Below are positions 1-9,092 of a stretch of 45,975 nucleotides of DNA, in pieces; within the stretch, counting starts at the first letter, position 1, and every line of letters begins with the position of its first letter. Source of the stretch: Candidatus Eiseniibacteriota bacterium (GTDB lineage Bacteria; Eisenbacteria; RBG-16-71-46; DASYSL01); the NCBI GenBank assembly GCA_031431875.1, contig JANPEF010000085.1, forward strand, positions 1 to 45,975, read 5' to 3'. The notes beneath the pieces were generated by a model. That model was not told the origin of the DNA. It ran no database searches and saw nothing but the letters and a program-made list of their open reading frames with translations. The position numbers and the translations under genes were made by a program.

Positions 1-1092
1 GGCGGGCTTGTCGCCGCGTGACAGCGCCCACCAGGCGCCGCCGGCCAGGGCGAGCACGACCACGGCGCCGATGCCGAGCAGAACCGGCGACGGGCCGCGC
101 TTCTTCGCCGCAGGCAGGCCCAGCGCCGAGGCGCCGGCCAGGCTGCCCGAGCTCGCCGAGGCGGACAGCGCGTCGTAGTCGTCGACGATCTCGCGCAGCT
201 CGAGAGCGAGGTCCTTCATCGACTGCAGGCGCTGCTCGGGATTCTTCGCCAGGGAGCGGCGGATGAGGCGGCGCAGTTCGGCGGGGACCTGCGGATTGAT
301 CTCCTCGATCGGCGCGGGCTTCTCGTTGAGGATCCGGTGCATGGTCTCGATGCTCGTCTCGGCGGCGAACGGAGCACGTCGTGTCGCCGCTTCGTACAGG
401 ATGCAACCGAACGAGAAGATGTCGGCGCGATGGTCGACCGACTTGCCGGCGACCTGTTCCGGCGCCATGTAGCCGACCTTGCCGACGATCACGCCGATGC
501 CGGTCGCGTCCTGCGTCAGCGCCGGTCCACCGGTGGCGCTCGCGTCGCCCGTGCCCGCGCGCTGCTCGGTGAGCTTGGCGAGACCGAAGTCGAGCACCTT
601 GGCGAAGCCGTCGTTGGTGACCATGATGTTGCCCGGCTTGAGGTCGCGGTGGACGATTCCCACGCCGTGCGCCTTGGCCAGCCCGTCGGCGGCCTGGGCC
701 AGCCAGCCGAGCAGCGTGCGCAGGTCGGTGCGATCCTCGTGGATCAGGGTCGACAGCGTCTTGCCGTTGACCAGCTCCATCGAGATGTAGTGCACGCTCG
801 ACGACGGCTCGAGGCCCGGCGAGCGCACCGCGTCCTCCCCGATCTCGTAGATGGTGACGATGTTCGGGTGGCTGAGCGACGAGGCCGACTTCGCCTCGAG
901 CCTGAAGCGGCGCACGCGATCCTCGCTGCGCACCAGGTCGGGCGGCAGGATCTTGAGCGCGACGTTTCGCTCCAGCGAGCGGTCCTGCGCCAGGTACACC
1001 TCGCCCATGCCGCCGGCGCCGAGCGGGCCGACGATGCGGTAGTGGGAGAGTTCGTCCTCGGAGCGCAGCGTCCTGCCGCTCTCGTGTGCCAT
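1..1092 (-). CDS. Hanks-type Ser/Thr protein kinase with transmembrane helix (3'-partial, runs off the window)
   Basis: My translation from ATG 1092 (AGGAGG RBS upstream; not in the ORF track): GAGGMGEVY, VALK, HRDLKPGN, DFGLAK, YMAPE, DIFSFG, then hydrophobic VLLGIGAVVVLALAGGAWW. Confidence 0.95.
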   Translation of the reverse strand, partial: MAHESGRTLRSEDELSHYRIVGPLGAGGMGEVYLAQDRSLERNVALKILPPDLVRSEDRVRRFRLEAKSASSLSHPNIVTIYEIGEDAVRSPGLEPSSSVHYISMELVNGKTLSTLIHEDRTDLRTLLGWLAQAADGLAKAHGVGIVHRDLKPGNIMVTNDGFAKVLDFGLAKLTEQRAGTGDASATGGPALTQDATGIGVIVGKVGYMAPEQVAGKSVDHRADIFSFGCILYEAATRRAPFAAETSIETMHRILNEKPAPIEEINPQVPAELRRLIRRSLAKNPEQRLQSMKDLALELREIVDDYDALSASASSGSLAGASALGLPAAKKRGPSPVLLGIGAVVVLALAGGAWWALSRGDKPA

Positions 1093-1105
1093 CGTTCGAT
1101 TCCTC

Positions 1106-2395
1106 CTAGAATCCGTTGAGTGGCGAGAGAAAACACGGCGGCCCGGCGAACGCGCGATCGAGCAGCGCCGCGGCGCGCGGACTTCCGGTGGCGAATCCCT
1201 GCTCGAGGAGCACGCGCGCGGACGCGCCGCCCAGGTAGACCTGGGCCAGCCGATCGACCGGCATCGCGATGCGGTCGCGCGCGGCGCGCCCGACGACGGC
1301 GGTGGCCCCGCGTGCGCCGAACGTCACGTCGAGGCCGCGCGCGTTGGGGGGCACGATCGGGTCGACGAGGTCGAGCCCGATGCGCCCGCGGACCTGGTTG
1401 CGTGCCGGCGCCGGGTGCAGCGCGAGCGCGGCCGGCACGTCGACCAGGCGCAGCAGCGCGCCGGAGGCGACGTGGCCGGTCGTCTCGAGCAGCCGGATGG
1501 GATCGGCGTGACCGAGGACGCCCATTTCGCGCAGGAGCGAGACGCCCTCACCGCGCGGCATCGGCAGCAGCATCCAGCGGAACTGGTCGGCCAGCGCCTC
1601 GAGATAGCCGACGAGCCCGCGGAACGCCTCGGGATCGAGCGCCACCAGTTCGCGCACGTACAGTTGCTGCCGCGGGTACGATGGTTCGGCAGGCACTTCG
1701 TAGAGCAGGTAGCCGCGCGGGCGCTTCGTCTTCGGGTCGACGTAGACCGCGCCGTCGCTGGTGCGCTCCCAGACGCGTCGCTCCCACCAGCCCGGGTGGC
1801 GCACGAAGGGGCCGACGCGCTCCTTCCGCCAGCGCTCGTAGAGCGCGGGGAGGAGAGCCGCGTCCTTCTCGCGATCGAGCGCGCGGGCGTTACGGCGCAG
1901 CGGGGAGGCGGGCAACTGCTCGGGCGCGATGCGCAGGTCGTCCACCCACTCGACGGTGCCGTAGCCCATCTTGCGGTAGAACGAGTTGCGGAACGCGTAG
2001 AGCATCGACAGCGCCTCGCCGCGGCGACGCATCTGGCGGTGGAGGCCGACCATCAGCGCCTCGGCGACGCCGCGGCGGCGGAATGCGGGAAGGACCGCCA
2101 CCGCGGCGATGCCGCGCACCGGCACGTCGACGCCGCCGAGGCTCATGGTGAAACGGTAGCCCGAGGCGTGGCCGGCGATCTTCCCGTCGATGCGGGCGAC
2201 CAGCGTGTCGTCGGCATCGAGCAGGGGATTGTTCTCGAGCGTGAACACGCGCTGGCGCCACGCGGTCGCGTCGAGCGCGCGGAATGACTGGAAGCCCGTC
2301 TGCGCGAGCGTGTCGGCCTCGTCCTTGCGCATCGGCCGCACGTCGATGTCGGCGTGTTGCAGGAAGCCGCGGGCGGCGCGGTGCGAGCGATCCAT
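1106..2395 (-). CDS. Eis-like GNAT acetyltransferase (tandem GNAT plus SCP2-like C-terminus)
   Basis: VAVLPAFRRRGVAEALM acetyl-CoA motif, FYRKMGY, LRLVDVPAAL, C-terminal Phe; ATG 2395 overlaps the upstream stop (TGATG). Confidence 0.88.
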   Translation of the reverse strand: MDRSHRAARGFLQHADIDVRPMRKDEADTLAQTGFQSFRALDATAWRQRVFTLENNPLLDADDTLVARIDGKIAGHASGYRFTMSLGGVDVPVRGIAAVAVLPAFRRRGVAEALMVGLHRQMRRRGEALSMLYAFRNSFYRKMGYGTVEWVDDLRIAPEQLPASPLRRNARALDREKDAALLPALYERWRKERVGPFVRHPGWWERRVWERTSDGAVYVDPKTKRPRGYLLYEVPAEPSYPRQQLYVRELVALDPEAFRGLVGYLEALADQFRWMLLPMPRGEGVSLLREMGVLGHADPIRLLETTGHVASGALLRLVDVPAALALHPAPARNQVRGRIGLDLVDPIVPPNARGLDVTFGARGATAVVGRAARDRIAMPVDRLAQVYLGGASARVLLEQGFATGSPRAAALLDRAFAGPPCFLSPLNGF

Positions 2396-2982
2396 CAGAG
2401 GGGGGCCTCCAAGCTGGTTTCGTGGACGCTGCGGCCATCGGGGGCGGTCTGCACGCCCCGACCCTCGAAGCGCCGGCCCGAGTCGGCGGCGCGCAGGACC
2501 TCGGGCGGCTGGTCGGTTTCGCCGAACGGTGTCGTGAGTCGAATGGTGTACATCCCCTGCGGAACCGGGCCGCCCAGCGGCACGAGCGGTCCGCTCATGA
2601 AGTGTCCCAGCTCGACCGTCGCGCGCGACGTGGTCATCGCCTCGAGCCCGCGGGGGCCGTCGCGCAGCAGGCTTACGGTGATGCGGGTTCCGTCCGGGAA
2701 GCTGGTCGAGCCGCCGACGACGAGCGCGCCGTCGGTGGCGCGCACGACGCGCAGCTCGTCGTAAGGTCCCGCCGTGTAGATGGCGACGAACGCGGCGCCG
2801 TCGCGGCTCGTGTCGGGCTTCACCGTCGGCGATGGGGCGGCAACCTCGGGCGGCGAGGGCGAATCGTCGCGCGCGGCCGGCCGCTCGCCGCAGCCGGCTG
2901 CCGCGAAGGCGACGGCGCATGCGAGGAGAGCGCCGGCGGCGGCGGACCTACGACGGCACGAACGGCGGAAGGTGGGCGACAT
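2395..2982 (-). CDS. Hypothetical lipoprotein
   Basis: Basic N-terminus, hydrophobic stretch, lipobox-like AAGC, Pro-rich linker; translationally coupled to the downstream gene. Confidence 0.7.
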   Translation of the reverse strand: MSPTFRRSCRRRSAAAGALLACAVAFAAAGCGERPAARDDSPSPPEVAAPSPTVKPDTSRDGAAFVAIYTAGPYDELRVVRATDGALVVGGSTSFPDGTRITVSLLRDGPRGLEAMTTSRATVELGHFMSGPLVPLGGPVPQGMYTIRLTTPFGETDQPPEVLRAADSGRRFEGRGVQTAPDGRSVHETSLEAPL

Positions 2983-3056
2983 GGGCCGGGACTCTAGCAG
3001 ACGGCGCGGCCGGTCCCTATAGCCCGCACCCGGCCCGGCCCCTATACTTCGGTCCC

Positions 3057-3887
3057 ATGGCCACTTTCTCGAACTCGCGATTGAATGCCTACGAAAACTG
3101 CCCGCTCCAGTACCGCATGCGCTATGTCGACAAGGTGGAGGTGCCGCGCCGCGAGAGCATCGAGGCGTTCCTCGGCAAGCGCGTGCACGAGGCGCTCGAG
3201 TATCTCTACAAGAGCGTCGGGCAGGCCTACCGGCCCACGCTGGCCGAGGTGATCGCCCACTTTCGCGAGGCCTGGGAGCGCGAGTGGACCGACGCGATCC
3301 ACATCGTGCGCAGCGGCGAGACCGTCGCGGGGTACAAGGCGATCGCCGAGCGCTGCATCACGCTCTATTACCGGCGACACGAGCCGTTCGATCGCGGGCG
3401 CACCGTCGACGTCGAGATGCTGGTCAGCTACCCGCTCGACCTGGAGCGCGACCTCCACTTGCAGGGCTACATCGACCGTCTCGTCGACCTGGGCGGGGGC
3501 AACTACGAGATCCACGACTACAAGACCGGCCGCCGCCTGCCCAGCCAGGCCGACGTCGACCGCGACCGCCAGCTCGCGCTGTACCAGATGGGCGTGACGC
3601 AGCGCTTTCCCGACGTGCGTTCGGTCAAGCTCGTGTGGCACTACCTGGCGCACGACAAGAAGCTCGAGTCCGAGCGCACGCCCGAAATGCTTCGCGCGCT
3701 CCGCGAGAAGGTGATCGCGTTGATCGGGACCATCGAGCGTGCGACCGCTGCCGGAAACCTGCCACCGAAGGTCACCCCGCTCTGCTCGTGGTGCGAGTAC
3801 AAGCCGGTGTGCCCGGCGTGGAATCCCGGCGCCCACGCGGCGCTCAAGGCGGGAAACGGGTTCAGCGACGCAGACGGCGGTCGATGA
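3057..3887 (+). CDS. PD-(D/E)XK nuclease, RecB/Cas4-like with 4-Cys Fe-S staple
   Basis: SNSRLNAYENCP, GKRVHEALE, LQGYIDRL, IHDYKTG, QLALY, CSWCEYKPVC; TATACT at 3043-3048 just upstream (probably leaderless). Confidence 0.9.
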   Translation: MATFSNSRLNAYENCPLQYRMRYVDKVEVPRRESIEAFLGKRVHEALEYLYKSVGQAYRPTLAEVIAHFREAWEREWTDAIHIVRSGETVAGYKAIAERCITLYYRRHEPFDRGRTVDVEMLVSYPLDLERDLHLQGYIDRLVDLGGGNYEIHDYKTGRRLPSQADVDRDRQLALYQMGVTQRFPDVRSVKLVWHYLAHDKKLESERTPEMLRALREKVIALIGTIERATAAGNLPPKVTPLCSWCEYKPVCPAWNPGAHAALKAGNGFSDADGGR

Positions 3888-4893
3888 ACTCGAGGGTCTC
3901 GAGCGCCAGCACGAGGCCCATGGCGAGCAGGAAGAGCACCAGCAGCACGGCCTGGCGCGGCAGCACCGAGATCACGTAGGCCGTGATCCCCAGGTAGGCG
4001 CAGACGTAGTAGAGCAGCACGACCGATTGCTTGTGCGACAGCCCGAGCCGCAGCAGGCGGTGGTGCAGGTGCTCCTGGTCGGCCTTGAAGATGTGCCCGC
4101 CGCGGCCGAGGCGGCGCAGGAACGCCATCGTCGAATCGAGCAGCGGCAGGCCCATCGCCACGATCGGCAGGAGCAGCGTGATCGCCGCGGTGCCCTTGTC
4201 GTTCTCGAGCAGCGCGAGCGCGGCCATCATGACGCCGAGGAACTGGCTCCCGGTGTCACCGAGGAACACCTTCGCCGGCGGAAAGTTCGAGCGCAGGAAG
4301 CCCAGCGTCGCGCCGCCGAGGATCGCACCCACCCACACGACGGACGAGCCCGGATCGCCGAACGCGACCGCGCACAGCGTCGCCACCGAGATGGTGACCA
4401 CACCGGCGGCAAGACCGTCGAGGCCGTCGATCAGGTTGATCGCGTTGGCGATCGCCACCGTCCACACGATGTCGACGGCCAGGCCCCAGCCCTGCAGGTC
4501 GAGCGAGCCGCCGGTGAACGGGTTCGACAGCCTGTCCACGCCGAAGCCGAACGCGTGCAGCGTCCAGCCGCACGCCGCCTGCACGATCAGCTTGGCCCAT
4601 GCCGGCAGCCGCCAGCGATCGTCGGCCCAGCCCAGGGCCAGCGCCATCGCGCCGACCAGGGTGAGCCCGAGCACGACTTGCGGAGTCGGCGCGCCGGGAA
4701 GCAGCGTCGAGCCCCACAGCACCGCGAAGAACGCGGTGGCGACGGCGAACCCGCCGCCGGTCGGCATGGCGGCGACGTGCACCTTGCGCTCGCCCGGGTG
4801 ATCGACGAAGCCGAGACGGCGCGCCAGGTTGATCCACGCCGGCGTGAGCAGAAGTGCGACGCCGCTGGCGGCAAGGGCGAGCAGCAGCGGCAT
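3862..4893 (-). CDS. wecA: MraY/WecA-family undecaprenyl-phosphate GlcNAc-1-phosphate transferase
   Basis: DHPGERKVH, PTGGG, GWADD, NAINLIDGLDGLA, NFPPAKVFLGDTGS, ADQEHLHHRL; multiple TM helices. Confidence 0.9.
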   Translation of the reverse strand: MPLLLALAASGVALLLTPAWINLARRLGFVDHPGERKVHVAAMPTGGGFAVATAFFAVLWGSTLLPGAPTPQVVLGLTLVGAMALALGWADDRWRLPAWAKLIVQAACGWTLHAFGFGVDRLSNPFTGGSLDLQGWGLAVDIVWTVAIANAINLIDGLDGLAAGVVTISVATLCAVAFGDPGSSVVWVGAILGGATLGFLRSNFPPAKVFLGDTGSQFLGVMMAALALLENDKGTAAITLLLPIVAMGLPLLDSTMAFLRRLGRGGHIFKADQEHLHHRLLRLGLSHKQSVVLLYYVCAYLGITAYVISVLPRQAVLLVLFLLAMGLVLALETLEFIDRRLRR

Positions 4894-5774
4894 CACGCGC
4901 GCCCCTTGAGCGGTTGGAGCACGATCTGCAGAAGCGCTCGGGCGACGATGCCGGTGTCGGTGAGCAGCATCCACGGCCACGGGCCCGGGTGGTGCTTGCG
5001 GAAGTAGTGGCGCATGCCCATGTGCCGGCGCCAGATCAGCCACGCGGGGATGGCGCCCTTGGAGGCGCCGATCGCGTGCGTGCACACGGCGTCCGGCAGG
5101 TAGACGATCTGGTAGCCCGCGAAGCGCATCCGGCGGCACCAGTCGACGTCCTCATTGAAGAGGAAGAACGCCTCGTCCATGGCCCCGACGCGGTCGACGA
5201 CGTCGCGACGGGTGACCAGGCAGGCCCCCGAGATCCAGTCCACCGCGCGCGTCGAGGCGTGATCGAAATCGAGCATGAGGTAGGAGCGGCTCCAGGGGTT
5301 CGCCGGCCAGAGGCGGGTGAGCAGCGAGTAGCGGTTGAACAATCCCGTCCAGTGCGTCGGGAAGCGGCGGCAGGAGAGCTGCACGCTGCCGTCGGGATCG
5401 AGGATCTTCGGCCCGACCGCCCCGGTCGAGGGGTCGGTGTCGAGCCGGGCGACCAGTTTCGCGAACGCCCCGGCCGCGACCTCGGTGTCAGGGTTGAGCA
5501 GGGCCAGGCAGCGGCCCTTTGCCGCGGCCAGACCGCGGTTCACGCCCCGGGCGAAGCCCACGTTCTCCGCATTGGCGAAGACTCGGACCCCGGGATGCGT
5601 GGCCCGGATCTCCTCGGCCATGCCGTCCCCGGAGGCATTGTCGACCACCAGGATCTCGGAGGTGAGCCCGGAAAGGGCGGGGGGGAGGGCGGCGAGACAG
5701 GCTCGGATCGCCTCGGGCGCCCGGTAATAGACCAGAATCACGCTGAGATCCGTGGCTCCCCCCTTGAAATCCAC
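4893..5774 (-). CDS. Glycosyltransferase family 2 (WbbL-like)
   Basis: VVDNASGDG, NVGFARGVN, LLNPD, GACL, FFLFNEDVDWC. Confidence 0.92.
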   Translation of the reverse strand: MDFKGGATDLSVILVYYRAPEAIRACLAALPPALSGLTSEILVVDNASGDGMAEEIRATHPGVRVFANAENVGFARGVNRGLAAAKGRCLALLNPDTEVAAGAFAKLVARLDTDPSTGAVGPKILDPDGSVQLSCRRFPTHWTGLFNRYSLLTRLWPANPWSRSYLMLDFDHASTRAVDWISGACLVTRRDVVDRVGAMDEAFFLFNEDVDWCRRMRFAGYQIVYLPDAVCTHAIGASKGAIPAWLIWRRHMGMRHYFRKHHPGPWPWMLLTDTGIVARALLQIVLQPLKGRA

Positions 5775-5895
5775 CGATTTTGGCCCGGAACCGGCCGAAC
5801 GAGCCCGACGAGCATACCACAGGGCGGGGAACCTCTGCGGGGGAGGCTTTGGGCTAACTGTTTGTCAGGAATGAATCTAGCCGGACCCCGCCGGC

Positions 5896-5925
5896 TTGAC
5901 GACCCCCGCCCGCGCCTCGTATCCT
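5896..5925 (+). promoter_or_regulatory. Putative sigma70 promoter for the A-type Fe-S carrier gene
   Basis: TTGACG-N18-TATCCT in the divergent intergenic region. Confidence 0.45.
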
Positions 5926-6027
5926 TCTCCTGTTGCCACACCCCGCCCGCGGCCGGCACTTTGCCGTTGCCTGGAGGTCGGCGGGAACACGCGGGCCTGC
6001 CGGCCCGAAGAATGAAGGAGAAACACG

Positions 6028-6348
6028 ATGGTCATGCTCACCCCGACCGCCGCGGTCAAGCTCAAGGACATCCTCGTGGCCGAGGGTGCCGTCGATAAGG
6101 GCCTGCGCATTCGCGTCGTGCCCGGCGGCTGCTCGGGCTACTCGTACGACATGGTGTTCGACGATGTCGCCGACGGCGACAACGTGTTCGAGCATGAGGG
6201 AGTGAAGCTGCTGGTCGACGCCGACAGCCTGCCGCTCCTCAACGGCGCCGAGATCGACTTCGAGGAGCACCTCGGGGGCGAGGGATTCAAGATCAAGAAT
6301 CCGAACGCCAGCAGCGGCTGCGGCTGCGGCAAGTCTTTCCAGAGCTAG
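6028..6348 (+). CDS. erpA: A-type iron-sulfur cluster carrier (ErpA/IscA/HesB)
   Basis: GGCSGYSY and NPNASSGCGCGKSF motifs; AAGGAG RBS. Confidence 0.93.
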   Translation: MVMLTPTAAVKLKDILVAEGAVDKGLRIRVVPGGCSGYSYDMVFDDVADGDNVFEHEGVKLLVDADSLPLLNGAEIDFEEHLGGEGFKIKNPNASSGCGCGKSFQS

Positions 6349-6486
6349 GATCCGCCTGAACCGGGCCTGGCGCCGCCGCGCGCGGCGGCCGGCCGCGTTT
6401 CCATTTCCGTTCCGAATCCCGCACCGGCCCGCCACCTGGGCGGGCTGTTGCGTTTCGGCGCATCGACCTTCCGCAACCGGATCCCC

Positions 6487-8193
6487 ATGACGCCTGGTTC
6501 GACCCGACGCACCCGTCCCCGGTTCACCTGGCCCGCACCGGCGCCACGAACCGCCTTTACGCTATTCGCGTTCGCCGTCTCCGTGCTGGCGTTCCTCGCC
6601 CTGGCGTGGCTCGGGACGAACCCCTCAGCCGCTGACGCGGCTGTAATTCTCTCCGACATCCCCGGCGCCCATTACGCCGGGAACGCCGCCGCGCAGGTCG
6701 AGATCAACCGCGTGCGCAGCCGCCTGCGGCTCAACAACCTGCCCGGGGCGATCGAAGCCGCCGAGGCGGCCATAGGGATGGATTCGCTCTCGGCCGAGGC
6801 GTGGGACCTGCGCGGCACGCTCCAGCTGCGCAGCGAGAACTACGGAGGCGCGCACCAGTCGTTCCGCCGCGCTTCGGTGCTGGCCCCCGACCAGGCGGCG
6901 CTCTGGAACCGGCTTGCCCAGGTGTCGATCCTTCACCTCGGCTACGAGGAAGAGGCGCTGCAGGCGCTCGATTACGCGCTCGCGGCCGACTCGCTGTACG
7001 CCACCGCGTGGTACACGACCGCGCTCTATCGCTGGATGCGGGCCGAACTCGACGTCGCCGAGCAGGCCATCCTGCGCGCGCGCAGCGTGGAGGCGGACCA
7101 GAGCCGCTCGGTGGTCTGGTACTCGACGTGGGTCGGGCTGAACCTCGCCCGCGGGCGCTACGCGGAAGCTGCGAGTGCGCTGTCGGTGCACCTGTACTCG
7201 GCGCCGGGGGATATCTCGGCCCGAGAGCACTATGCTCACGCATTGCGCGGCCTCGGCCGGCAGGATCAGGCGAAGGCGCAGCTCGGACTCCTGCTCGAGA
7301 CGGCCGGACGGCAGCCGGTGTGGCTCGTCGAGTCGGGCCTCGTGTTGCGGGCTGAGGGCAAGGGCGACTCGGCGCGCATGGCATTTGCGCGGGCGGTGAA
7401 GGTGGACTCGGCGTCGTTCGACGCCGGCTACAACCTGGCGCTCGAGAGCGCGGCGCTCGGGGATACGGCGGGTGCATGGCGCGGACTGCGGCGCTTGCGC
7501 GGAATCGACGCGGGCAATTTCCTCGTTCCGCTCTACGCGAGCCGACTGGCCCGGGCCGCCGGGGACTCCGCGCGCGCGACGCTCGCCTTCGACGAGGCGC
7601 GTCGCCTGCATCCGGCGCTCGGTCTGGCCACCGCCGCCGAAGCTGGCGCCTCGGCGCCGATTCCGGGCTGGTCGTCGCCGGATCTCGCCCAGGGCGAGCG
7701 CCTGATGGAGGCCGGCGAGTTCACGCTGGCTGCCGATCGCTTCACCATGGCGGCGGAGGATCCGGTACGGCGTGCCGCTGCGCTCTACTGGTTGACGCGC
7801 GCGGCGCGCATGACCGGCGCGGCCCGCGGCCTGCCCGTGATCTCGGCCCAGGCCGGCGCCGAGGCGTCGCGCGGCGACCCGGTGCTGTTGCGCGTGCTCG
7901 CCGAGGCGCAGTGGGGGGCCGGTGACGCCGCCCGGGCCGTTCCGAACCTGCGCACCGTGCGCCGCGTGGCGCCCACCGACGTCGTCGCCGCCGCGCTCCT
8001 GTCCGACGTGTTGCTGGGCTCGGGCGAGCCCGCCGCGGCCCGCGCCGTGTGGAACGAGGTCGCGCAGGAGCCGACGCGTTCGTTACGCATCGAGTCGGCG
8101 CGCGCCGCCGCCTTCGTCGCCACGAACGACGCCGGTGCGGCGATCGCCCGCCAGCGCGCGGCCGCCGTCGACTACCTGACCGCCGGCCACTGA
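6487..8193 (+). CDS. Membrane-anchored or exported tetratricopeptide-repeat protein
   Basis: N-terminal hydrophobic helix followed by Ala-rich TPR-like helices (AEAWDLRG, ALWNRLA, AGYNLA); start codon uncertain. Confidence 0.75.
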   Translation: MTPGSTRRTRPRFTWPAPAPRTAFTLFAFAVSVLAFLALAWLGTNPSAADAAVILSDIPGAHYAGNAAAQVEINRVRSRLRLNNLPGAIEAAEAAIGMDSLSAEAWDLRGTLQLRSENYGGAHQSFRRASVLAPDQAALWNRLAQVSILHLGYEEEALQALDYALAADSLYATAWYTTALYRWMRAELDVAEQAILRARSVEADQSRSVVWYSTWVGLNLARGRYAEAASALSVHLYSAPGDISAREHYAHALRGLGRQDQAKAQLGLLLETAGRQPVWLVESGLVLRAEGKGDSARMAFARAVKVDSASFDAGYNLALESAALGDTAGAWRGLRRLRGIDAGNFLVPLYASRLARAAGDSARATLAFDEARRLHPALGLATAAEAGASAPIPGWSSPDLAQGERLMEAGEFTLAADRFTMAAEDPVRRAAALYWLTRAARMTGAARGLPVISAQAGAEASRGDPVLLRVLAEAQWGAGDAARAVPNLRTVRRVAPTDVVAAALLSDVLLGSGEPAAARAVWNEVAQEPTRSLRIESARAAAFVATNDAGAAIARQRAAAVDYLTAGH

Positions 8194-8204
8194 CGTCCCG
8201 TGCG

Positions 8205-9092
8205 ATGAACCTCGTGTGGGCGTCGCTTCTCGGGACCGTCAAGGGCATCTTCGAGGACGATTGCCACGGCATCGCCACGCAGATCGCCTACCACTGGATC
8301 TACGCGCTGTTCCCCGGGCTGTTCGTCATGGTCGCGCTGGTGACCGCTGTCGGCGCCAACCCGAACTCGCTTTCCGTGCTCGGCATGCTCGTCGAGCGCG
8401 CCACGCCCGGCGAGACGCGCTCGCTGGTCGAGGCCACGCTGGTGGCCATGCGCGAGGCGATCGCGCATGGCACGGCCCCGGTGCTGGGGCTGGGCCTCGT
8501 GGGAGTTCTCTGGGTGGCATCGAACGGCTTCGACGTGATCATGGGCGGCCTCAACCGGGCGTATCGCGTGACCGAGTTCCGTCCCTTCTGGTATCGCCGG
8601 CTGCTCGCCATCGTGCTCGTCGTGGCCGTGGGCTTTGGCCTGATCACCGCGTTCGAGATCCTGCTCGTCGGCTCGCAGCTGGTGAAGACGTGGATCGCCA
8701 CGTGGCCCGAGCCGCCGCAGCTCTCGGGCCTGTACGGCTGGGCGCGCTGGCCGGCCTATTTCCTCCTCGCCGCCATCGTCGGCTTCGCCATGTACGCAGT
8801 CGCCCCGGCGCTGCCGCGCGTCGACTGGCGCTGGACCGCGCCGGGCGCGGTGATGTTCGGCCTGGCCTGGGTGGCAATCGGCTACGGGTTCGATCGCTAC
8901 CTGTCGCTCTACGGCAAGATCGACAAGCTGTACGGAATCCTCGGCGCGTTCCTCGTGCTCATGACCTGGCTCTACCTGACCGCCTTCGCGTTCATGGTCG
9001 GCGGCGAGCTGAATGGCCAGATTCGATGGCGGTTCCTCGAACAGATCAGCCCGCGGCCTGCCGACCCGAGATCGTCATCTCCGCGATCTTGA
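8205..9092 (+). CDS. YihY/BrkB family inner membrane protein
   Basis: QIAYHWIYALFP, GLNRAYRVTEFRPFW, YGILGAFLVLMTWLYL, GGELN. Confidence 0.9.
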   Translation: MNLVWASLLGTVKGIFEDDCHGIATQIAYHWIYALFPGLFVMVALVTAVGANPNSLSVLGMLVERATPGETRSLVEATLVAMREAIAHGTAPVLGLGLVGVLWVASNGFDVIMGGLNRAYRVTEFRPFWYRRLLAIVLVVAVGFGLITAFEILLVGSQLVKTWIATWPEPPQLSGLYGWARWPAYFLLAAIVGFAMYAVAPALPRVDWRWTAPGAVMFGLAWVAIGYGFDRYLSLYGKIDKLYGILGAFLVLMTWLYLTAFAFMVGGELNGQIRWRFLEQISPRPADPRSSSPRS

